Positions 28,592 through 37,607 of a stretch of DNA of 64,000 nt are shown piece after piece; the first letter of the stretch is position 1, and each line of letters opens with the position of its first letter. The position numbers and the translations under genes were made by a program. A model generated the notes under the pieces. It worked only from the letters and a program-made list of their open reading frames with translations. It did not search any database and had not been told where the DNA came from. The DNA lies in assembly GCA_963552125.1 (NCBI GenBank), contig CAUVJF010000003.1, positions 3,680 through 67,679 of the forward strand, read 5' to 3'. This stretch comes from an uncultured Atopobium sp. Its GTDB lineage: Bacteria; Actinomycetota; Coriobacteriia; Coriobacteriales; Atopobiaceae.

Positions 28592-30061
28592 TTAGAAACG
28601 CTTCTTGTTCAGATACATTGAAACACCAGCAAGAGAGCTTAATGTACCTGCAATACCAACAATTAAAGAAGAGACACTAGAAATGTCAGATGTGTCTGGA
28701 AGAACAGCCTTCTTTTTCTTTGGAGTCTTAGGCTTTTCCGGAGTCTGTGGTTGAGGCTCAGGAGTAGGCTTTGGAGTTGGCTCAGGCTGAGGTTCTGGCT
28801 GAGGTTCTGGCTGAGGTTCTGGCTGAGGTTCTGGCTGTGGCTCTGGATCTGGTGCTGGTGGATCTGGCCTACGATTTACAAAGGTAACCGTAGTAGTTTC
28901 GTTAGAGCCAGTAATCTCACCAACCTGTGGATTAGGATCATCAATAGTGTAGCCATCAAGGGTGGTTATCTGAGTAATGGTAGAGCCAGCATAAGTCAAA
29001 TAATCAGGAATAGTTACAGTGCCGTCTGGACCTGTAGTCAGATTGTAATGAGTATCATCGTCCTCATTAAAAATAGAAAGTTGACCTGTTTGTGTATGAG
29101 CTACACCACGTGCTGGAGCAGCTTGCGTTAGAGGTCGAGGTTCATCAGTACCTGGTAACAAAGCTGGATTTGGGGGATCAAAGCTTGGGAAATTAGGTGG
29201 AATTGCTGGAGAAGGCTCACCAGGTGTGACTACCTCAGCCATGGTAGCAGTCAAAGTTGCTCCAGCAATAGGATTGCCGTATTGATCAACGACCCTAACA
29301 ATAATATTTCCTACTCTGCGCTTTAATCTATAAACCGCATAAACATCTGTATTAAATGTTCGCGTTGAGGAATCATATTTAAAGGTAACTGCATGTGGGG
29401 AACCATAAAGATGGCCAGTACGATCATAATTTACAATATCAAACAAGCCTGACTCTGTGTCATACGAATATGAATCAGGAATATTTTTTGGAATTAAGGT
29501 ATAGCTACCATTTACAGGGACTCTAACTGGAACTGGAGAATTAGATGGAACATTTGATTCAACAGTATTTCCAAATTCATCTTGAACATCTACGGTAACT
29601 TCAGAAATTGACTGAAGATCAGAATCTGGACGATGACCATAGTTTAAGTTTTGTGCTTTTACGGTAATGTAAAGGTTACCTAAGACTTGCTTATCAACGA
29701 TGTTAAGTGTAGTTGAGCTTCCTGTACCAGAAGCAACTCCATTAGGCGTATATGGGTAGGTTGTGTTATCTACTTCGAATCCAGCTTTGAACTTTGTCTG
29801 CTGAACCTTATAAGTTCCATCTGGAAGACTGATCTGAACTTTACCGTTTGCGTCAGTAACTTGCTCTACCACAACGGAACCAGTTGCTGTATCTGTGACT
29901 GTAATTGTTACACCATCAACTGGCTTTGCATAATAGTCATCAGTAACATTAACCGTAAGCTGATTGTCCCCTGCCGCTAGAGCAACTTTTGGGGCTCCAA
30001 TTACAATTACGCAGCATAGCGCAACAAGAATTAACGCTGCTACACACTTGAACTTTTTCAC
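28592..30061 (-). CDS. Sortase-type surface protein, paralog of 27411-28337, with LPDTS motif
   Basis: GTG 30061 behind GGAAGG gives signal peptide MKKFKC..ALA; shared GNPIAGATL, LTTG.DGTV and TITQ.TT.DGY.ID blocks; EPQP repeats; LPDTS + TM + KKRF. Confidence 0.88.
   Translation of the reverse strand: MKKFKCVAALILVALCCVIVIGAPKVALAAGDNQLTVNVTDDYYAKPVDGVTITVTDTATGSVVVEQVTDANGKVQISLPDGTYKVQQTKFKAGFEVDNTTYPYTPNGVASGTGSSTTLNIVDKQVLGNLYITVKAQNLNYGHRPDSDLQSISEVTVDVQDEFGNTVESNVPSNSPVPVRVPVNGSYTLIPKNIPDSYSYDTESGLFDIVNYDRTGHLYGSPHAVTFKYDSSTRTFNTDVYAVYRLKRRVGNIIVRVVDQYGNPIAGATLTATMAEVVTPGEPSPAIPPNFPSFDPPNPALLPGTDEPRPLTQAAPARGVAHTQTGQLSIFNEDDDTHYNLTTGPDGTVTIPDYLTYAGSTITQITTLDGYTIDDPNPQVGEITGSNETTTVTFVNRRPDPPAPDPEPQPEPQPEPQPEPQPEPQPEPTPKPTPEPQPQTPEKPKTPKKKKAVLPDTSDISSVSSLIVGIAGTLSSLAGVSMYLNKKRF
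28785..28832. repeat. 4 x 12-bp perfect tandem repeat GGCTGAGGTTCT (encodes EPQP)
   Basis: Directly visible; in-frame stalk repeat. Confidence 0.95.
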
Positions 30062-30228
30062 TTCAAACCTTCCAAATCCATAAAGGATTACAAGTATCCA
30101 AATCAAATGATAAAAGAAAATATCATTAAAATGAATATAAACTGCATTCTAAATTGCAATTTATTAAATTTTCATATCATCAACAATAAGAATCACCTAT
30201 AAATAGCTATTCCCTATCCATCCACACA

Positions 30229-30277
30229 CAAAAAGCGAGAAGACCCTTCTACTCGAAAGACCTTCTCGCTAAAAAAA
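30229..30277 (-). terminator. Intrinsic terminator built on AGCGAGAAG...CTTCTCGCT
   Basis: 16-bp stem (3 G-U pairs) on the minus strand followed by a U-run; downstream of 30304-30696. Confidence 0.8.
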
Positions 30278-30303
30278 TCATCAATAGGTTTGATGGAATA
30301 GCG

Positions 30304-30696
30304 CTACTTATCCATGGTGAGATGAATAGCAAAGCCGGCGATCTCGTCTTTAAAGTAGACCAAAAAGGTACTGCCATCTGGATTAAGCCTTCTAGAAGTC
30401 TCATCAATTTCGAAGCCACGACCCGCAAAGTATTTCTCGGCTGCAGGAATATTGTTGACGTGGAAGCCAATATGACCCTTTGTACCTCGACCGTTTTGCT
30501 TCATAACCTCTACCAGGGTTCCTGCAAAAAATGAAGGTGGCTGCTCAATAGTAGGAAGCCCCATAAGAGCGGTGAACAGGTTTGCGATCTTTTCTGCCTC
30601 GTCCGCATTACTTGCATTAATGCCAACGTGAGCAACGTACATATCAAACTGCTCAACTGGATTAAGAGCACTGGAATTGTTAGTTGGATCTGTCAT
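30304..30696 (-). CDS. VOC/glyoxalase-fold protein
   Basis: AHVGINA, EVMK, GHIGF, EIAGFAIHL; AGGGGAG RBS. Confidence 0.75.
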   Translation of the reverse strand: MTDPTNNSSALNPVEQFDMYVAHVGINASNADEAEKIANLFTALMGLPTIEQPPSFFAGTLVEVMKQNGRGTKGHIGFHVNNIPAAEKYFAGRGFEIDETSRRLNPDGSTFLVYFKDEIAGFAIHLTMDK

Positions 30697-30791
30697 ACAT
30701 CTCCCCTTTCCTAGAGCTCAAGTATATAAGGGAAGCTCTAAGATGAATGCTTGGCAATGAATATTCGTCATTACTGTAACTAAGTACTAAC

Positions 30792-30818
30792 AAAAAAGGC
30801 CCAGTTACCTAGGCCTTT
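30792..30818 (-). terminator. Terminator after tRNA-Val
   Basis: AAAGGCC...GGCCTTT stem with a T-run on the minus strand. Confidence 0.65.
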
Positions 30819-30827
30819 AAATTTCTA

Positions 30828-30902
30828 TGGTGGGCGATGCTGGATTTGAACCAGCGACCCCTTCCGTGTGAAGGAAGTGCTCTACCCCTGAGCCAATCGC
30901 CC
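30828..30902 (-). tRNA. tRNA-Val(CAC)
   Basis: Reverse complement GGGCGAT...CTTCC-TTCACAC-GGAAG...TTCAAAT...CCA. Confidence 0.97.
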
Positions 30903-30933
30903 GAACGACTTGCAATAATAACAAACAATGAAG

Positions 30934-31341
30934 CTAATTTCTAGCTTTTGACTTTTTTGAAGGTGAATACGTAGACACAGCTTTATTCATCTGAACAAGA
31001 ATAATTCCCAGGAAGATAAGCTGAAGAATCATTGGCGTAATTACCATAGGCTGAGATGAAAGCTGCGATACAAAAACCCATTCAATGGTAAAGAGAATGA
31101 GCTCAATACCAGCAACAAGACGGACGATGCCGTGAGTTTTCTCAAAGTCTTTAGCCAAGCTGATGCATTTCTGAAGAATATAGCAGCAATAAACTGCCAT
31201 TAAGCTGCCCAGCAGAAGCGCAATCATGCTTGAAGAGAAACGACCATAGCCAACTGAGAAGGCAAAGATGACAATTCCAGCAACGCCCAGCGCGCCAAGC
31301 ATAGAGGAAAGAGCCATCATCAACTTAGTTCCACGATCCAT
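30934..31341 (-). CDS. Hypothetical membrane protein (about 4 TM)
   Basis: Four hydrophobic segments, basic tail; ATG 31341 behind GGGG. Confidence 0.7.
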   Translation of the reverse strand: MDRGTKLMMALSSMLGALGVAGIVIFAFSVGYGRFSSSMIALLLGSLMAVYCCYILQKCISLAKDFEKTHGIVRLVAGIELILFTIEWVFVSQLSSQPMVITPMILQLIFLGIILVQMNKAVSTYSPSKKSKARN

Positions 31342-31423
31342 ACAAACCCCCAACAAGTCAGTTCACAGAGAAAAAACGTACACAAGAGGAGCTAGAACAA
31401 TAAAACGACGTCAACAAAATAAT

Positions 31424-31801
31424 TTACTTGGCTTCAAGAGACTTTTTAACTTTATGAGATCCTCGAGCAACAGCACTTGCCATTGCCAACAGTGCAAACA
31501 GCTCAATAAACTGCAAGGTAACAGATGGTTTAAGTACCAACTGTCCAACAACAATAGCGGCTAATACAACGCATGATCCAAAAATCATGGGATAAGCAGC
31601 TGCAGCTCTATTAGGTACATTAGCCTCTCTAGCTGCATAACCACCAGTTAGAAGCGAGATCATACTTGCAAGCAAAAGTAGAGCGGAATCAATTGATGGA
31701 CCAGCACCAATTACAAGAACCGCAACATTAACAAGACCTAAAAGTCCGCCAATCAAAAGCGCCAGACTAAAAAGCTTCATTTTGCGAGTCTCAGGAGTCA
31801 T
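31424..31801 (-). CDS. Hypothetical membrane protein (about 4 TM)
   Basis: Four hydrophobic segments; ATG 31801 behind AGGGG. Confidence 0.7.
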   Translation of the reverse strand: MTPETRKMKLFSLALLIGGLLGLVNVAVLVIGAGPSIDSALLLLASMISLLTGGYAAREANVPNRAAAAYPMIFGSCVVLAAIVVGQLVLKPSVTLQFIELFALLAMASAVARGSHKVKKSLEAK

Positions 31802-31894
31802 ATATCCCCTATCTATCAAATATCACTTTGGCTATTGTACCCGTCTTTTATTTAAATTACGTAATCGAATCATTAAACGGTAGAGTGTTTCGGT

Positions 31895-31931
31895 AAAAGA
31901 AATGGCGAGAAAACCAAAGGGTTTCTCGCCA
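31895..31931 (-). terminator. Intrinsic terminator after tRNA-Ile2, stem = inverted TGGCGAGAAA pair
   Basis: Minus strand reads TGGCGAGAAA-ccctttggt-TTTCTCGCCA-TTTCTTTT. Confidence 0.85.
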
Positions 31932-31941
31932 CAAGCGTATT

Positions 31942-32017
31942 TGGTGGGCCCAGAGGGATTTGAACCCCCAACCCAGGGATTATGAGTCCCCTGCGCTAAC
32001 CGTTGCGCCATGAGCCC
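31942..32017 (-). tRNA. tRNA with CAT anticodon, most likely tRNA-Ile2 (lysidine type)
   Basis: GGGCTCA acceptor; anticodon arm GGGGA-CTCATAA-TCCCT resembles ileX-type tRNAs; G1 is paired, so not an initiator tRNA; CCA encoded. Confidence 0.85.
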
Positions 32018-32021
32018 GTAA

Positions 32022-32048
32022 GAAAAAAGCGGCGACAGATGCCGCCGC
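32022..32048 (-). terminator. Terminator-like hairpin after tRNA-Ala
   Basis: GCGGCG...CGCCGC stem plus a T-run on the minus strand. Confidence 0.6.
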
Positions 32049-32057
32049 CAGAATGCG

Positions 32058-32133
32058 TGGTGGAGAATAGGGGGATCGAACCCCTGACCTCATGACTGCC
32101 AGTCATGCGCTCTCCCAGCTGAGCTAATTCCCC
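32058..32133 (-). tRNA. tRNA-Ala(GGC)
   Basis: GGGGAAT acceptor with G3-U70, CATGA-CTGGCAG-TCATG, TTCGAT, CCA. Confidence 0.97.
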
Positions 32134-32207
32134 GAACGTGGTGCGGAAAATACTATAGCAAACCAAAGCTCTGTTTTTCTCGACAATTTTCTAATTGGTT
32201 GTATATT

Positions 32208-33923
32208 TTAAAGCTCGCGCTCTGGAAGAATCTTCTCTGCCAACCAAGAAGCAACCTCATCAAGGGCAACCTCAAAGCGCTCACCGGTAGCACGCTCTTT
32301 GACTTCTGCGATACCGTTAGCAACGCCCTTCTTGCCCACAATAACCTGCCATGGGAAACCGATAAGGTCTGCATCTGCAAACTTAACGCCAGGACGCTCT
32401 GCACGATCATCAACAACAGTCTCAAGACCAGCTGCAACACAGGCGTCAGCTACAGCACCCGCTGCATCCCAAATCTCTGGATCTTTGTCAGAGAGACATA
32501 GAACAGAAACCTCATAAGGAGCAACAGAGACTGGCCATTTGATGCCCTTCTCGTCATTGTATTGCTCAACAACAGCAGCAAGCAGTCTGGAAACACCAAT
32601 GCCGTAGCAGCCCATAACCAGAGGCTTATCCTCGCCGTTTTCGTCGGTGAAGGTGGCGTTAAGAGTCGAAGAGTACTTAGTGCCAAGCTGGAAGACCTGG
32701 CCAACCTCAATACCACGAGCAGCATGCAGAGGAAGACCACACTCAGGACAAATATCGCCCTCCTGAGAAGTGACAAGGTCTTTCCACTCGTTAATCTCAA
32801 AGTCACGGCCAAGCTCAACGTGATCAAGGTGATAGTCTGCCTTGTTAGCGCCACAGAGCCACCACTGAGTATCCTCAAGAGAGAGGTCTCCAACAACGCG
32901 AATGCCCTCAGGTAGACCAACAGGTCCAATGAAGCCCTTGATGAGGCCATACTCTTCTAGCTCTTCATCGGTCATCATGTGATAGTCACCAAAGACGTGC
33001 TCAGCTTTGACCTCATTGAGCTCATGTGTACCTGGAACAAAGCACACAACTGGCTTACCGTTTCCGTCAACAAGTGCAAGAGCCTTGCGAGTTGCTGCTG
33101 GTGAAACGTGAAGGAACTCAGCAACATCATCAATGGAGCCAATACCAGGGGTGTGAATCTCACACATCTTGCCAGACTCACGCTCTTCTACGTTGATCTT
33201 TGCTGCGGCTGCCTCAGTATCTGCAGCATAGCCGCAATCGCAGTAGACCAGACTTGCCTCGCCAGCCTCTGCCAGCGCCATAAACTCAACAGAGGTGTCT
33301 CCACCAATCTGACCAGAGTCTGCAACTACCTGCAGAGCCTTAAGACGTGTGCGGTCACAAACGTTCTGGTAAGCAACCTTCTCCTGGTCATAGCACTCTT
33401 GCAGCGACTCTTGATTTGCCGAGAAGGAATATCCGTCTTTCATAATGAACTCACGGCCACGCATAAGACCAAAGCGTGGACGACGCTCGTCACGGAACTT
33501 ATCCTGAATCTGATAGAGCGTTACAGGAAGCTGCTTATAGCTCTTAAGCTCATTTCTAATAAGGTCTGTGAAGGTTTCCTCGTGAGTTGGGCCAAGAGCA
33601 AACTGACGATCATGACGGTCATGCATACGCATGAGCTCATCACCATAGACATCCCAACGACCAGACTCTTCCCAGAGCTCAGCGGGGGTCATAATAGGAA
33701 CAAGAATCTCCTGAGCACCAATACCGTCCATCTCATCGCGAATGATGGCCTCAATCTTTAAAAGAGAGCGCCATGCAAGTGGCAGATAAGAGTAAAGACC
33801 CGCAGCGGTCTTTCTGATCATGCCAGCACGAAGGAGCAGGCGGTGACTTGCAAGTACGGCCTCAGCTGGGTCTTCTTTGAGCGTTGGAGCATACAAAGAA
33901 GACATGCGCATCCAGTGCTTCAA
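32208..33923 (-). CDS. proS: Proline--tRNA ligase
   Basis: LGPTHEE, FRDERRPRFGLMRGREF, GCYGIGVSR; editing insertion present. Confidence 0.97.
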   Translation of the reverse strand: MKHWMRMSSLYAPTLKEDPAEAVLASHRLLLRAGMIRKTAAGLYSYLPLAWRSLLKIEAIIRDEMDGIGAQEILVPIMTPAELWEESGRWDVYGDELMRMHDRHDRQFALGPTHEETFTDLIRNELKSYKQLPVTLYQIQDKFRDERRPRFGLMRGREFIMKDGYSFSANQESLQECYDQEKVAYQNVCDRTRLKALQVVADSGQIGGDTSVEFMALAEAGEASLVYCDCGYAADTEAAAAKINVEERESGKMCEIHTPGIGSIDDVAEFLHVSPAATRKALALVDGNGKPVVCFVPGTHELNEVKAEHVFGDYHMMTDEELEEYGLIKGFIGPVGLPEGIRVVGDLSLEDTQWWLCGANKADYHLDHVELGRDFEINEWKDLVTSQEGDICPECGLPLHAARGIEVGQVFQLGTKYSSTLNATFTDENGEDKPLVMGCYGIGVSRLLAAVVEQYNDEKGIKWPVSVAPYEVSVLCLSDKDPEIWDAAGAVADACVAAGLETVVDDRAERPGVKFADADLIGFPWQVIVGKKGVANGIAEVKERATGERFEVALDEVASWLAEKILPEREL

Positions 33924-33963
33924 GGTTATTTCCTTTCAATATGAAGTAATACGTATAGTTTAC

Positions 33964-35037
33964 TTATTTTTTGCCAAAACGATTCTCTATTTCGGCGAAT
34001 AACTCATCAACAATTTTATCTTCAGGAACTTTTCTAATAGGATTGCCGTTTTCAAACAACACTGCCTGACCTTTGCCACAGGCAACGCCAAGGTCAACGC
34101 CCCTAGCCTCACCAGGACCGTTAACAACGCATCCCATAACTGCTACAGAAATTGGAGCACGAACGCCATCCAGGCGCTTGGTAACTTCTTCTGCAATAGG
34201 AATCATGTCAACGCCACACCTGCCACAGGTAGGGCAGCTCACCAGCTCTGGCTTAATGCGACGCATACCAAGGGCTGCAAGAAGCTCCCATGCTACGTGG
34301 ACTTCTTCTACGGGATCGGCCGTTAGAGAGAGGCGCATGGTATCGCCAATACCGCTCTCAAGCAAAATGCCCACCGCAGCGGAATTCTTTACCGTTCCCT
34401 GCCTTAACGCACCGGCTTCTGTAACGCCTACATGCAGAGGAATCTGTGGAAGCTCCTTGGAAAGCGCTCGATATACCGCAAGTGTAGTGGGAACATCGTG
34501 AGCTTTTGCAGACAAGACAATGTCGTCAAAACCGCGAGAAGAAAAATGCTCTACAAAAGACTTTGACGATGCCACGAGTTTCTCGACAAGGGTCATATCT
34601 TGTCTTGTATCAAATTCTTTAGCAAGAGAGCCTGCGTTAACGCCAATTCTAATAGGAATATGAGCCTCTTTAGCTGCCTCAATGACAGCGTCAACACGCT
34701 CCATAGAGCCAATGTTTCCTGGGTTAATACGAAGAGCTGCCGCACCTCGCTTTGCCGCTTCAAGCGCCAGCTTATAGTCAAAGTGAATATCAGCAACAAC
34801 AGGAAGTGGCGAGTATTTGCAAATCTCTTCAAAGCCATCCAAGGCCTTTGCGTCTGGAATTGCCACGCGAATAATCTCGCACCCTGCCTCGGCAAGCCCT
34901 TTGATCTGAAGGAGCGTTGCGTCTGGATCATCTGTTTTAGTGGTGCACATAGACTGAACAGAAACAGGAGCGCCGCCGCCAACCTGGACAGATCCAACCA
35001 TAACGGGATGAGTTTTTGTGCGAGCAATCTCAGACAT
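33964..35037 (-). CDS. ispG: 4-hydroxy-3-methylbut-2-en-1-yl diphosphate synthase
   Basis: VADIHF, RINPGN, SCPTCGR, MGCVVNGPGEA. Confidence 0.97.
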   Translation of the reverse strand: MSEIARTKTHPVMVGSVQVGGGAPVSVQSMCTTKTDDPDATLLQIKGLAEAGCEIIRVAIPDAKALDGFEEICKYSPLPVVADIHFDYKLALEAAKRGAAALRINPGNIGSMERVDAVIEAAKEAHIPIRIGVNAGSLAKEFDTRQDMTLVEKLVASSKSFVEHFSSRGFDDIVLSAKAHDVPTTLAVYRALSKELPQIPLHVGVTEAGALRQGTVKNSAAVGILLESGIGDTMRLSLTADPVEEVHVAWELLAALGMRRIKPELVSCPTCGRCGVDMIPIAEEVTKRLDGVRAPISVAVMGCVVNGPGEARGVDLGVACGKGQAVLFENGNPIRKVPEDKIVDELFAEIENRFGKK

Positions 35038-35045
35038 AAAATCAG

Positions 35046-36404
35046 CTACCTAAAAAGTAAATGAAGAATATCGTTTCTCAGTGCAACAACAAAGACAAAC
35101 AGGAAAAATGCCAGTCCAATGTAAGACAAAATGTTTTGAACCTTGATAGACAGAGGCTTTCTAATAATCACCTGGATTACCTCAATCAGAATCTTTCCAC
35201 CGTCAAGAGGTGGGATAGGTAAAAGATTCATGAATCCAAGTGACATGGAAATAGCTGCTACCAGCATAATAAGGGTCGAGAAACCCTCTGCAGCAGCTTC
35301 TGAAGCCATCACAGAAATACCTACAACAGACGACGACTGATTGAGAACTTCCATGGTCTGCGTTGGGATGAGCAGTCTGAGCGCAAACTGACCAACCTGC
35401 GCGGCATACGATACAGCTGCAGCAGACGCGTCAATAAACGAGAAGTGATACATGGTCATCACGGGTGACACGCCGATGATTTTATCGTCAGAACGCAAAA
35501 CAGGTTTAATGGTAGTTTCAAGTTGAATGCCATTGCGCTCATACGTGACAGGGATATCCTTGCCTCCATTGGACATTGCATCCTTGATAGCAGCAGTAAG
35601 GTCTTCCCAGGTATGTACCTCTACCTTGTTAAAGGTAAGAATAGTGTCTCCGGCAGTAAGGCCTGAAATAGCAGCAAGAGAGCCAGATTCAACAGAGCCC
35701 AGCTGAGCCTTATTCTGAGCAGCAGGAATGCCAACAAACATCAAAGAGCCAACAACCAGCACAAAGGCCAGCGCAATATTGACTAGAGGTCCGCCCAAGA
35801 TCATGAGCAAGCGTTTGGGAACATTTACACCAACATAGGTATGAGTCTTCTCTTGAGCAAAGAAATCCTCAATGGGCATCTGTGGAACACGAGGCTCCCC
35901 TGCTACCGTTGAGCCTTCCAGCTCAAAATTGTGTCCGCGGTCATACTCGCAGCGCAGCTCAGCGTCTCGTGCAAGCGTCTGAAACGTGGTGTGCGCTAGC
36001 TCGTCTGACTCTTTGACAAGCTCAATGGAGCCCCAGTCTGCAAGGGTGTACAGCAGATTGTAGGCGCGCTCATCCTCACAGTTAAGTTTTGCTGCAAGAG
36101 CACCAACCTCAAGTGAGCCTGCTTTTTGAACACTCATCAGAGCCTGAGGCAGGAGCTCGTCAAGCTGGCCTTCCATACCACAGATGCGCGTATAGCCACC
36201 AAAAAGAAGGGGCGTTACGCCAACCTCGGTACCGTATTTTTTGCTCTTATGAGAAAGCTTGTACTTGAACGGCATGCCCAAGAAGAACTCAGTTACACGG
36301 ACGCCACACAGTCGAGCCATACCGTAATGGCCAGCCTCGTGAACAAATACAAGGAGCGAGAGGACCAAAAGTCCCCAAAAAATTGGTGAAAGAATAGCTA
36401 ACAA
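35046..36404 (-). CDS. rseP: RIP metalloprotease RseP (M50 + PDZ) with a large cytoplasmic insertion
   Basis: HEAGH, GGPLVN, PDZ, NLLPIPPLDGG; between dxr and ispG. Confidence 0.92.
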   Translation of the reverse strand: MLAILSPIFWGLLVLSLLVFVHEAGHYGMARLCGVRVTEFFLGMPFKYKLSHKSKKYGTEVGVTPLLFGGYTRICGMEGQLDELLPQALMSVQKAGSLEVGALAAKLNCEDERAYNLLYTLADWGSIELVKESDELAHTTFQTLARDAELRCEYDRGHNFELEGSTVAGEPRVPQMPIEDFFAQEKTHTYVGVNVPKRLLMILGGPLVNIALAFVLVVGSLMFVGIPAAQNKAQLGSVESGSLAAISGLTAGDTILTFNKVEVHTWEDLTAAIKDAMSNGGKDIPVTYERNGIQLETTIKPVLRSDDKIIGVSPVMTMYHFSFIDASAAAVSYAAQVGQFALRLLIPTQTMEVLNQSSSVVGISVMASEAAAEGFSTLIMLVAAISMSLGFMNLLPIPPLDGGKILIEVIQVIIRKPLSIKVQNILSYIGLAFFLFVFVVALRNDILHLLFR

Positions 36405-36416
36405 ATCTCTAAATTC

Positions 36417-37604
36417 CTATCCCACAAAAGAACGGGCTAAGGCTCGTGCTTCTGCGTCTACAAGCGTCAATTGTTGAAGGTCTTCTACCCTTTGAACTTC
36501 AGAGGCATTCATAGTCTCTGCAACAATGCGCTCAATATCAAGAAATGAACATCTTCCTCGTCTAAATGCATGGTTAGCAACTTCATTAGCTGCATTCATA
36601 ATGCAAGGAAGCGTTCCACCAACAGTTCCTGCATGACGAGCAAGAGCTAGGCATCCAAAGGTTTTCTCGTCAGCATAGTCGCCTGTGAGAGGAGCGGTTT
36701 CTTGCCACTCAACCGGCTGAGCAATTGCCGGCCAACGATGCGGATAGCTCAGCGCAAACTGAATAGGCAGTCTCATATCAGAGGCTCCAAGCTGCGCCTT
36801 TACGGAACCGTCCACAAACTCAACCATTGAGTGGATGCGGCTCTGACGATGCACCAGCACCTCAAGCTTGTCCATTGGAGTATCAAAGAGATGATGAGCC
36901 TCAATGAGCTCAAGGCCCTTGTTCATGAGCGTGGCACAGTCGATGGTAATCTTGGCACCCATCTTCCAGGTTGGATGCGCCAAAGCGTCGTCGGCCGAGA
37001 CGTGTTTGAGCTGTTCGCGAGAATATCCGAAGAACGGACCGCCAGAACAGGTAAGCCAAATCCTCTGGATGTCAGCGGGGTTCTCGCCAATAAGGCACTG
37101 GAAGATGGCACTATGCTCGGAGTCAACAGGGATGAGCTGACCAGGCTTGACCAGAGGCATCAGCAGGTCTCCGCCAACAACAATTGACTCCTTGTTAGCG
37201 TAAGCCAGCACTTTGCCAGCCTTCACAGCGGCCAGACCAGCGTAAATGCCGGCCTCTCCCACTACTGCGTTGACTACGCAGTCAACCTCATCCAGCTCAG
37301 CAAGCGCCTGAACAGCCTCAGGACCAAAGCTTGCTTTGCAGCCTTGAGGCAAACTGTCGAGAAGAACGTTGCCCTTGACACTTGCATCGGCAAAGGCAAC
37401 GTATTTGCAGTTGAACTCAGCTGCTGCCTTCACGGCAAACTCAACCGACGACCTCACCGCAAGGGCTGCAACCTCCACCTTTTGCGGGAAATGACGGCAT
37501 ACATCAAGCGTCTGCATACCCACAGAACCCGAAGCTCCAAGGACAGCAACACGCAGAGGCTCATGCCTTACAGCACGAGGCGCGGTATCTTCAAAAATGC
37601 TCAA
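36417..37604 (-). CDS. dxr: 1-deoxy-D-xylulose-5-phosphate reductoisomerase
   Basis: LGASGSVG, ANKES, PVDSEHSAIFQ, HPTWKMGAKITID. Confidence 0.97.
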   Translation of the reverse strand: MSIFEDTAPRAVRHEPLRVAVLGASGSVGMQTLDVCRHFPQKVEVAALAVRSSVEFAVKAAAEFNCKYVAFADASVKGNVLLDSLPQGCKASFGPEAVQALAELDEVDCVVNAVVGEAGIYAGLAAVKAGKVLAYANKESIVVGGDLLMPLVKPGQLIPVDSEHSAIFQCLIGENPADIQRIWLTCSGGPFFGYSREQLKHVSADDALAHPTWKMGAKITIDCATLMNKGLELIEAHHLFDTPMDKLEVLVHRQSRIHSMVEFVDGSVKAQLGASDMRLPIQFALSYPHRWPAIAQPVEWQETAPLTGDYADEKTFGCLALARHAGTVGGTLPCIMNAANEVANHAFRRGRCSFLDIERIVAETMNASEVQRVEDLQQLTLVDAEARALARSFVG

Positions 37605-37607
37605 AAC

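Noticed and set aside
27400..30828. Genomic island integrated at tRNA-Val
   Set aside because: Lower GC, but I found no duplicated tRNA 3' end and no integrase.
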